A stretch of DNA of 64,000 nt, from the IMG/VR virus record IMGVR_UViG_3300032007_000060, positions 1 through 64,000 of that record; one strand, 5' to 3'. Positions 44,197-52,653 of this stretch are shown here, in pieces. The number at the start of each line of letters is the position of its first letter. Positions within the stretch are counted from its first letter, which is position 1. The translations under genes and the position numbers were made by a program. The notes below the pieces were generated by a model. That model was not told the origin of the DNA. It worked only from the letters and a program-made list of their open reading frames with translations, and ran no database searches. The DNA comes from a virus. Its lineage: Duplodnaviria > Caudoviricetes.

Positions 44197-45012
44197 CTAT
44201 TTCTTCTTAACAACAATCTTAGATGACTTCTTAATCAAATACTTACTATCAGCACTACTAATCTTAACTTTATGAGTACCAACTTTCAAGGATTTTGTAC
44301 TTAACTTCGCAACACCTTTTTTGTTAGTAGTTAACCTATATGTCTTAACCTTTTTACCAGTCCAAACCTTAACATTCAACTTCAAACCTTTCACCAATTT
44401 ATTACCATTTTTCACAGTAACCTTGAAAAACTTCTTGGCCTTAAATTTCACCTTAACAACAGGTGCTTTCACAATAGGTTTGATAACTTTTGAGGTCCCA
44501 CTACCTGAAGTGGATGGAATATTTTTTTCCTGAACAGTAATTTGAGTATACTTACTAGTTACACTATCACCATACACATCAATTTCAACACCATGAACAC
44601 CAACAGGAATAACAGGATTATTAATCTTAACAACACCCATACCATTACTGTCAGTTGTACCATAATATGAACCAATAAAATCTTCACCAGCTTGATAACC
44701 AATAATTACCTGAAAACTAGCGCCACTAACAGGTTGATTGTTATTGTGAACCTTGAAAGTATACTCATATTCCTGAGTAGTATACTCCTTAGTAACCGGA
44801 TCAACCACAATAGTATTCTCATCATCACCAATTATTTCAGATTCACTTTCACTTATTACACTATTATCCTCTGCAGAGAGTATGTTCTCATTAACTTCTT
44901 GATTAGTTACCACATCATCAGCGATATTTTCACTTGCAGCAACTTGACAAACTCCTAATGTTAAAATAAACAACGATAAAATTAATAATAATATCTTCTT
45001 ATCATGTTTCAT
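44197..45012 (-). CDS. Secreted Ig-like/adhesin-like protein
   Basis: Signal peptide MKHDKKILLLILSLFILTLGVCQVAASE; two Big-like domains; basic C-terminal domain typical of Methanobrevibacter adhesin-like proteins. Confidence 0.75.
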   Translation of the reverse strand: MKHDKKILLLILSLFILTLGVCQVAASENIADDVVTNQEVNENILSAEDNSVISESESEIIGDDENTIVVDPVTKEYTTQEYEYTFKVHNNNQPVSGASFQVIIGYQAGEDFIGSYYGTTDSNGMGVVKINNPVIPVGVHGVEIDVYGDSVTSKYTQITVQEKNIPSTSGSGTSKVIKPIVKAPVVKVKFKAKKFFKVTVKNGNKLVKGLKLNVKVWTGKKVKTYRLTTNKKGVAKLSTKSLKVGTHKVKISSADSKYLIKKSSKIVVKKK

Positions 45013-45093
45013 TTTTAATCACCACTAATATACTATTCTGATGAAGATATTATATTAAATTTATTCATAAAAAAACGTTAAAAAAAAGGGGTA

Positions 45094-45356
45094 GTTTAAC
45101 CAGGAAAATAGGGCATTAAAATAATTTTTTATTCTTTTATTTTTAAATTAAATGGAGAGAATATTCTATTTTTTTCTGTATATTTATTCATGTGATTTTT
45201 GAGTGAAACTATAATAAAAAACACAGATTTACAGTTCTCTCTGAGTATAAAGAAGAGCTTTATTAAGAAAAAAAAATATTTTATTTCCTCCATTTAGATA
45301 AAAAAATAAAGAATTTTATTATTTTTTTTCATAACATCTTCTTTTCCTGGTTAAAC
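45094..45356 (-). ncRNA. Candidate 263-nt rod-shaped ncRNA
   Basis: Perfect 15-bp terminal IR GTTTAACCAGGAAAA, nested IRs, promoter motif 25 nt upstream and a T-tract downstream. Confidence 0.5.
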
Positions 45357-45380
45357 ATTAATTTTATTATTTCTTTTACT

Positions 45381-45393
45381 GTATTGTAACAAA
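45381..45393 (-). promoter_or_regulatory. Conserved virus promoter motif TTTGTTACAATAC (copy 3)
   Basis: Exact 13-mer pointing into the 45094-45356 hairpin. Confidence 0.6.
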
Positions 45394-45400
45394 TGAAATT

Positions 45401-46591
45401 TTATTTTTCACTTATCCTTTCAAGAATACTTTCACGAGTAACTGGTTTGTCATCTATCTCATCCAATCTTTTTTCAATAACATTCATACGAGATTCCATT
45501 TCCTTAACTTCAGACTCTTTCTCATGATACTTAACTTCCAACTCTTGATATTCTGGACTCTTAATATCAATATTATTAACATTTTTCTCAATAAGCAAAC
45601 ATGGGAAATGCTCAACATATTTTTTCAAAAGTACAGTTGGATCATCTAAAAAATAAGCTGCTCTTGTAGTTGACTTGGTTCTGCCTTGCAGCGCATCAAT
45701 ATCAGATTCACTCATACCAGATTTCCTGAGATGATTTGAATGAAATTTACGCATCATGTGACTGCGGAAACGATTAAAACCATCACTTGCTTGACCAAAG
45801 TTAAACTGGTCATTGTACCGGTAATATGCAACTGGAATGTAGTTTTCTTCTTTGTCAAACAATTTATCATCGTCTGATAAATTAATAAGTTTCAAGGTTC
45901 CGTCTTCAAGTGTTTCTACACGGTCTGTTAAAAGATATTCAACAATTTTATCAACTGCTTCTGGAGTGCAGAAAGTGTAATAATATTTATTGGTTTTTTC
46001 TCTTTTCAGTTTAAAAGTAGGAATAACATTGTCTAAATCTTTTAAGATTAGTAATGCTTCGATTATATCGTTTTTTCTATGGAATGGGTAGGTTGCTTTT
46101 TTGAATTGACCTATAGTCATTTCGATTGTTTCTTTTCTTGCGCATCCGGTTGATATTTGGAATATTAATACTGCTTGGAACCATAGTGGTGCAACGTGTA
46201 ATACTTGGCTTATTTCTTTGTGTGTTAATAGTTCGTCGAAAGTTACTTCCCCGGGGATGTGGAATCCCCGTGGGTTAACTTTTGTTAAGTCTCCTATTTC
46301 GATTTCAAAGTATTTGTATACTGCAATTACTTGTGTGAAATATGTTGATACTGTATTTTTTTTGTAGTTTTGTATTAGGTAGTTTCTGAATTGCAGTAGT
46401 CTTTTTTTTAGTGTTCTACGTTTCCATCTTACTCCTTTTTCTTCTTCTGTTTCTGCTTCGTCTATTAATTCTTCCATTGTTAAACCATGGAATTTTGAGT
46501 ATTTGTTTATTGCTCTGGTGTAGATTTCACGTGTTTTTGGATCATGGTTTTTTACTAGGAAGAATTCTTCGAGCAATTCTTCGTTTCTCAT
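45401..46591 (-). CDS. Tyrosine recombinase/integrase
   Basis: N-terminal SAM-like domain; STGCARKE, KREKT, FRSHMMRKF, LQGR, AAYF. Confidence 0.88.
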   Translation of the reverse strand: MRNEELLEEFFLVKNHDPKTREIYTRAINKYSKFHGLTMEELIDEAETEEEKGVRWKRRTLKKRLLQFRNYLIQNYKKNTVSTYFTQVIAVYKYFEIEIGDLTKVNPRGFHIPGEVTFDELLTHKEISQVLHVAPLWFQAVLIFQISTGCARKETIEMTIGQFKKATYPFHRKNDIIEALLILKDLDNVIPTFKLKREKTNKYYYTFCTPEAVDKIVEYLLTDRVETLEDGTLKLINLSDDDKLFDKEENYIPVAYYRYNDQFNFGQASDGFNRFRSHMMRKFHSNHLRKSGMSESDIDALQGRTKSTTRAAYFLDDPTVLLKKYVEHFPCLLIEKNVNNIDIKSPEYQELEVKYHEKESEVKEMESRMNVIEKRLDEIDDKPVTRESILERISEK

Positions 46592-46627
46592 GTTTTATCT
46601 CTCTATGTGTTATATTTATATAAAGTA

Positions 46628-46792
46628 TTAGAGAGAGCATTTGATAAGTAATGTTTATCATATTTTTGGACATATGGTATATATATTATTGGGAATATGA
46701 TAAACTATTGTATGTGCTTTTTTTGTTTATCATATTCGTGGTAGTATAGTATAAATATTGTTCGAAATATGATTAACTTTGCTTCTCTCTAA
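46628..46792. repeat. Two tandem 72-bp-period units, each a 12-bp IR around a 29-nt TATA-containing core, enclosed by an outer IR
   Basis: GTTTATCATATT at 46653 and 46725; AATATGATAAAC at 46694 and AATATGATTAAC at 46766; TTAGAGAGAGC (46628) / GCTTCTCTCTAA (46781). Confidence 0.75.
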
Positions 46793-46923
46793 CGGTTGTA
46801 TTTTTTGTGTTTTGAGAGATAAATAGGTAATTATACAGTGATGTACTTTTTTGTACATCATTGTTTATCATTAACAATTGTTATACTACGCATTAGAAAT
46901 ATATAACACATGATATAAAAACA

Positions 46924-47079
46924 TTATGATTTCAAAATCAACATCTTACCCGAAAGATCAACTTCCAACTTATCAACAATAACATGAGAAATACCATCCT
47001 TATCATGATACTCCACACTAAAATCATCAGGCAACTTATCAACAAAATCCTTTAAATCTCCAATAGTCAAAACTGTCAT
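46924..47079 (-). CDS. Small hypothetical protein (51 aa, missed by the track)
   Basis: Manual translation MTVLTIGDLKDFVDKLPDDFSVEYHDKDGISHVIVDKLEVDLSGKMLILKS. Confidence 0.6.
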   Translation of the reverse strand: MTVLTIGDLKDFVDKLPDDFSVEYHDKDGISHVIVDKLEVDLSGKMLILKS

Positions 47080-47322
47080 GTATTATATATTATAAAAATA
47101 ATCCTAATAAACATGTTGAAAAACCATCATGAGGATTAAAAAAAAAGTAAAGTTTAAGACCTAAATATACCTCATGATGAAAATTCAACTTTAAACCATC
47201 ACCAAATAGAATTCAACCTACGTACCAGGTAGGTTGACAATTAATACTATCCTCCTTAACCTATATAAATAAAGTGAGAGAGAGCATTTGAAAAGTATTC
47301 ATAAACAATAAATAATAATATT

Positions 47323-48360
47323 ATGTATCACAGTAAACTATTCACAAAATTTTGTAAAGACCGAAACGTTAAAAAAAGCACCAAAAAAGGTTATGAATCC
47401 GCATTAAAAAATTATACCCGATACCATAACCAAACAATTGAAGAACTAATACAAGAAGCCCAAACTGATGAAAAAAACAAAATAATCCTAAAAGATAGAA
47501 AAATCAAAAAAAGATTACTCAAATACAGGACCTATTTATTCAGCAGCAACAAATCACCAAACACAATTAAAACATACTTCACTAGGGTAAAAACATTCTA
47601 TGCTCATTTTGAAATTGAAATCCCAAAGTTACCTGATGCAAAATATGATAAAATCTATGAAACCAACTACATGGACCTACCTACAAAAGAAGATATCCGC
47701 AAAGTATTAGATTTGGTAACAGTAGACCTCCGCAGCATAATATTATTCATGTCATCTTCAGGAACTGCCAAGGCAGAAACATTAAGCATTACCATAGAAC
47801 AATTCATCAATGGAACACGTGACTACCACAATGGTGGAACCATCCAACAAATACTAGAAACATTATCAAAAAAGAATAATATAATTCCAACATTCTATTT
47901 GAAAAGAATCAAGACAGATAAATACTATTACACTTTCTGTTCCCCTGAAGCTGCATCCGAAATCGTCAAATATCTTCAAGTCAGAAGTGACTTGAAACTT
48001 GATGATCCACTTTTCAACTTCACACCAGGAACATTATTAACTCGATTCCAAGAAATAAATGACCAACTCGGATGGGGATTTAAAGGCAGTTATAGGTTCT
48101 TTAGAAGTCATACCTTACGGAAATTTCATGCAAGTAATATAGGATTATCTGCTGAATATATTGACAGTTTACAGGGCCGTAGTAAAAATGAGATACATGA
48201 AACATATATTAAAACCAATCCTGAAAAGTTAAAGGAAATCTACCAATCCGCAATGCATAATGTAATGATATATAACAAACCACGTGAAGAACATGTTACT
48301 CAAGAATTCACAATAGTGATTAATGTATTCTTATCAGGTAAAGAGTATAATATAATTTAA
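47323..48360 (+). CDS. Tyrosine recombinase, candidate invertase for the tail shufflons
   Basis: SSGTAKAE, KRIKT, FRSHTLRKFH, LQGR, HETY; nearest recombinase to the invertible cassettes. Confidence 0.88.
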   Translation: MYHSKLFTKFCKDRNVKKSTKKGYESALKNYTRYHNQTIEELIQEAQTDEKNKIILKDRKIKKRLLKYRTYLFSSNKSPNTIKTYFTRVKTFYAHFEIEIPKLPDAKYDKIYETNYMDLPTKEDIRKVLDLVTVDLRSIILFMSSSGTAKAETLSITIEQFINGTRDYHNGGTIQQILETLSKKNNIIPTFYLKRIKTDKYYYTFCSPEAASEIVKYLQVRSDLKLDDPLFNFTPGTLLTRFQEINDQLGWGFKGSYRFFRSHTLRKFHASNIGLSAEYIDSLQGRSKNEIHETYIKTNPEKLKEIYQSAMHNVMIYNKPREEHVTQEFTIVINVFLSGKEYNII

Positions 48361-48370
48361 AAAAAAATAA

Positions 48371-48407
48371 GGGCCAACCATACGAACTTAATCGTACAGT
48401 TGACCCC
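48371..48407 (+). terminator. Hairpin after the recombinase stop
   Basis: GGGCCAAC..TACGA/TCGTA..GTTGACCC imperfect stem. Confidence 0.45.
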
Positions 48408-48861
48408 TAATTTATATAAATTCTTCAAAAAAAAAGAAATTGGATAGTTAAGAGATTACTCTCATTTTTTTTATGGAATAATAATATTATCGTTCTTTTT
48501 TAAATAAACTAGGTAATTTCATAGTTTCAAAAAAATATTTAGTTTTACATCTCGTATTCTTTTCGTATTCTCTACTACTTATAATACAGATGAATCCAAA
48601 AAGTTTCTTTTTTTTGTTGAATTTACATTTATAATATTAGAAATTCATTTTATCTTATTGTAACTTTTTTAAATCGGCTTCTAGTAATGCAATTTCCTCT
48701 TCAATCTCAGCATGTTCCTTATCAGAAGTACATACAATTAATCTATGATTCAAAGCTTTGATTTGAGCACGAATTATATTTCGTTGAGAGGTTTTATTCA
48801 GTACTTTGGTTTCCATATCACTCAACATAATATTTAATCTCCTTTCCTCTAAAACAATATT

Positions 48862-49050
48862 TTATTGAACATAGTTTTTATATACTCTTTCGGTTCTATC
48901 TGAAATATCATGCTTATGTCTTTCTATATTTAATGCGACTTGAGCATCTAATACTTCATCAGTTAAACCTTCCTTTTCGTATTGTTTATTAATTTTTCTT
49001 TGTCTATTTCTAAATTGAACTCTTTTCACAAATTTTGATAACTTGTTCAT
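48862..49050 (-). CDS. Small basic hypothetical protein next to the lysin
   Basis: ORF track; GGAGGG RBS. Confidence 0.6.
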   Translation of the reverse strand: MNKLSKFVKRVQFRNRQRKINKQYEKEGLTDEVLDAQVALNIERHKHDISDRTERVYKNYVQ

Positions 49051-49075
49051 TTATTTTCCCTCCATAGAAAACTAA

Positions 49076-49960
49076 TTAACCATTATACAGATATGCTACA
49101 CTTTTCTGACTAATACCATTAATATATCTTTTCTGTGTACTTTTTGTTCTGGTTTCAATATAACCACAATATGTGCCTGAGCCGCAGCTGTCTCCCAGAC
49201 TGTTTAAGATTTTTAAATCATCACTAACAGTTTTAATGACTTCATAATGACCCCATTGGTCACGATAGAGCAAATGGAAAAATACTGCTCCTTTACTTAT
49301 CATGGTTTTGATTTTATCCCATGATAATTCAGAGAAGTTGTACCAACTGATCTTAACATTTTTACTGTATTTTTTGTTGAACATTGCAACTGCAGTATTA
49401 ATACCTTGATGTCCGGTGCCGTCACTGGTAGTTGAGGCCCATCCTGCGATTGTTTTTTCGGATACTTTTATTCCAGTTAGGCGATAGAATGCTTGTTGTA
49501 GACTGTTACATGCACAGTAGTATCCAGTGCATTGGCCCATTCCTGAACAACCATGTTCTGTTAAATATTCATGTAATTTAGGTATTTTTTCATATGAAAC
49601 TTTTATTTTACTTGGATTTTTTCCATGTTGTTTTCTGTAAGAAGTTAATGTTTTTGCAATGTTTCGGTATGATGCTCTGTTGTATTTGTTAACTCCGCTT
49701 GAACCCATGACATAACCAGGTAAATTTTCTTTAGCAGTTTTGCTAATAACATCTTCCATGAAACGGCTGATATATTCATCATGACCGTAATCTGTACCGT
49801 TCTTTTTGATTAATGCTATAATGTCTTTGTAACTTTTTTTCTTTCCGTTAATGGTTATACTATCTGAATGTTTGAATGATTTGCCGGATTTAATTAATTT
49901 GTAGGCTACTCTGCATAATACATTCTTACAACCTTTGTAGCTTAGTTCTTTTGTTGCCAT
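49076..49960 (-). CDS. Endolysin: pseudomurein endopeptidase with a C39-like catalytic domain
   Basis: GQCTGYYCACNS (Gln...Cys), SEKTIA, GTG, GHYEVI, ILNS; N-terminal pseudomurein-binding-repeat-like region. Confidence 0.8.
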   Translation of the reverse strand: MATKELSYKGCKNVLCRVAYKLIKSGKSFKHSDSITINGKKKSYKDIIALIKKNGTDYGHDEYISRFMEDVISKTAKENLPGYVMGSSGVNKYNRASYRNIAKTLTSYRKQHGKNPSKIKVSYEKIPKLHEYLTEHGCSGMGQCTGYYCACNSLQQAFYRLTGIKVSEKTIAGWASTTSDGTGHQGINTAVAMFNKKYSKNVKISWYNFSELSWDKIKTMISKGAVFFHLLYRDQWGHYEVIKTVSDDLKILNSLGDSCGSGTYCGYIETRTKSTQKRYINGISQKSVAYLYNG

Positions 49961-50050
49961 AGTTTATCACATCCTTTTTTTAAATTTTTAAATATTATTT
50001 CTTCCAAAAAAAATGAATTTTCTATTTTTTATGTTTTATTCATGGAATCA

Positions 50051-52090
50051 TCAGCAAATACCTCCTCAATACAGATTAAAGTTAAAGGAAAAAAACTTGT
50101 TGAACAATTAAACAATAATAAAATAAAAGTATATGTTATAGATGGAACTCATGTTTGTATTGGAATATATGGTGATTCATTTACTTTAACTGGTCAAAAT
50201 ACCACGATTGGTACGGTAAGTAATCTATACAAACCATTAGCAAGACAAGTAGTACTTGCACATAACTCCATTAATTCAGATAAGTTGTTCTTTTATGAAA
50301 CAGGTGAGATCATATATGTGAGACTTACTGGAAGTGCTACAACTGGTACTGTGAATAGTGGATTTTATTGTCCTTTGTTAAATCCATTGTATTAACGTAC
50401 ATATTCAGCAAGTACTCAGAATACACAGGTTAATGTTACTGGATGGAAAAGAGTAGTGTATTACAGTAACAATAATAATAATTTTGAAATTTGGACTGAC
50501 GGAAGATTAGCCACATATATTGTGAATACAAATAATTTCTCTGTATCTGCTAACGTTTCTCAAACATTAACTTCCTTTGATAATAAATATGCTCCAATAT
50601 ATGTAGTTGGAATAAAAACAATTAATAATCATCAAAAAACTGCAGTAATAGTTGATAATCAAGTGTATATACAATCTACAGATACTGATGGTAATATGTG
50701 GGGTACTGCAACAGTACTATTAAAAAAGTCACTATATTAACAATATTATTCAGCAAATAATTCATCTATCCAAGTAAAAGTAGGAGGATGGCAATCCCGA
50801 GGAACCATTGCAACTGGTGTCAAATTATATGTAAATGGAGAAACAAGAACTGCAATGGTAACGGGAGTTAATATATCTCTTTCTGCAGGTGCTGAGGAAC
50901 AGACTATTGCTGAAATTCCATCTGCATATGCTCCTATTGAAAGTACAGTTACAGGAACTGCATTTAATTATGAAAGAGTAATGGTTAGAACTAATAATCG
51001 AGCGGTTAATGTTTATAATTTTAATAAGAGTATTACAGGATTATCATTTACTATTCTATATCCTTATTAAAATAAAGAATCTCTTCAGCAAATACTGCAT
51101 CCATTCAAATTAAAGCGGATGGATGGAGAACCATCTCTACTGCTAAAGGAACATTAGAAGTTAATGAAGCATTACAATTAGCTCATTTTACATGCAGTGA
51201 AAATGTTAGCTTCCCTACCACTTCATGGCAGTTTATTGAAAAAAATAATATCCCTTCACAATATAAACCATCAAGATACATAAATGATGTTAATTTTATA
51301 GGTAGTGGCAATCAGGTATATGCTGCGCAAATCACTAAACAAGGTCATGTAATGGGATACTCCAATTATGGGAACGCTCTTATTACAATGGATGTAACTT
51401 GGAAATATTAAAACTAAACTTCTATATTCTATTGAATTATTCAGCAAATACCCACAACACAATACAAATCCTTGTAACTGGATTTAAACAAGTACAATCA
51501 CTTGAAAATGATAAAATTAAAGTATACTTCAACGGAAGAACAGTATATATTGATATATGGGGAACATTCAACATGACAAGTGGAAGTGTGGGTACAATAA
51601 CCACAATATCTAAAGAATATGCTCCAAAAGGTAAAGGAGGTGTTTATTCAAGTCCTTATCCTGCAGGTTCTGAAAAAGTATTTATCAATTCAGATGGTCA
51701 GATACAATATTATCCTGGTGGATCAAACAAAAGCATTTATGCAACATTACAATATACAATAAGTTAATATTTCCATTGTAACGTAGCATAAACCCCCACA
51801 TTAGTTATTGCAGATCCAGTATAACTATATCTAGATACTTTCCCATTCTCGTTGACTTGAACAATTGCTCTATTCCCTACAAATATATGACTAACAACGG
51901 GGGTAGCTGGTCGGTATCCTGCAGGCACTACAAATCCTCCGAACTCTTCGGGGTTTGCAGTAATAATTGTTGATGCAATATGAATTCGGAGTTCACATAA
52001 TTCATGATTATATGAGAAAGTATAATCAGAATTGTTTGTTGGTGTTTTCCAACCTTTAACATTAATTTGAGTTTGAGAATTATTTGCTGA
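50051..52090. mobile_element. Shufflon: five silent inverted C-terminal cassettes plus one expressed cassette of the tail-fibre gene
   Basis: TCAGCAAATA crossover at 50051, 50405 (TCAGCAAGTA), 50750, 51085, 51441 on + and 52081-52090 on -; each starts SA(N/S)..Q....G(W/F/K) in frame. Confidence 0.9.
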
Positions 52091-52651
52091 AAACGTGGTT
52101 AATCCCCAAGTGTCTGCAGTATAACTCAATTGAAAAGTACCATTAACACCAGTTGTTCCAGACTTCCAAGTCGAGTTATTCTTCAAGACAGGAACAGTCA
52201 CACCAGTCACTGGTCGACCTGTGGCCCTGTTAGTAACTTTCACTGTAATATTAACACTACTGTCAATATTCACATTATATGCTGAAGCTGTGATTTGATA
52301 ATCATATAAATTAATAATCTGACTTACCGGATGAGTGTGACTTGCTGGAGCATAAGCGGATAACTGTGAGACTTTTGCAAAATCAGAAGATACGAAACCG
52401 GATAGTTTAGTTGCATTAATTTCTTTAGATTCATTAATATTCTCAAGTATTTCCTCTAATCTTTCCTCTGTGAAATATGTTTCATCAATTACTGCTAATT
52501 GTGCCTGCATTTCTGCTAATGTTTCAGCATTTGCTACACTAATACTTCCGAGATTATCTCCGCTTGTTGAGATAACAGTTACTTCTGCTCCGATGATTCT
52601 TCCATCATCTTCGCTATATGTTCTTACATTAAAATCAACCATTGTTACCAC
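51764..52651 (-). CDS. Tail fibre/receptor-binding protein (constant 187 aa plus variable 108 aa)
   Basis: HTH collar-like motif, Ig-like domain, then FSANNSQTQINVKGW at the crossover. Confidence 0.82.
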   Translation of the reverse strand: MVTMVDFNVRTYSEDDGRIIGAEVTVISTSGDNLGSISVANAETLAEMQAQLAVIDETYFTEERLEEILENINESKEINATKLSGFVSSDFAKVSQLSAYAPASHTHPVSQIINLYDYQITASAYNVNIDSSVNITVKVTNRATGRPVTGVTVPVLKNNSTWKSGTTGVNGTFQLSYTADTWGLTTFSANNSQTQINVKGWKTPTNNSDYTFSYNHELCELRIHIASTIITANPEEFGGFVVPAGYRPATPVVSHIFVGNRAIVQVNENGKVSRYSYTGSAITNVGVYATLQWKY

Positions 52652-52653
52652 CT

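Noticed and set aside
653-44958. Many short + strand ORFs antisense to longer minus-strand genes (e.g. 653-841, 2931-3233, 32534-32923, 38742-39111, 43437-43889)
   Set aside because: Antisense shadows with no motifs or RBS, typical of AT-rich coding DNA
46641-46777. Possible CRISPR mini-array (hairpin repeats with two 29-nt spacers)
   Set aside because: The two putative spacers are 19/29 identical and contain TATA-like cores, so this is a tandem duplication of a regulatory unit, not repeat-spacer architecture
51271-51462. Minus-strand 63-aa ORF
   Set aside because: Shadow of shufflon cassettes D and E on the + strand
50042-51767. Plus-strand ORFs as independent genes
   Set aside because: Their Met starts are incidental; homology begins at the shared crossover site, so they are silent cassettes
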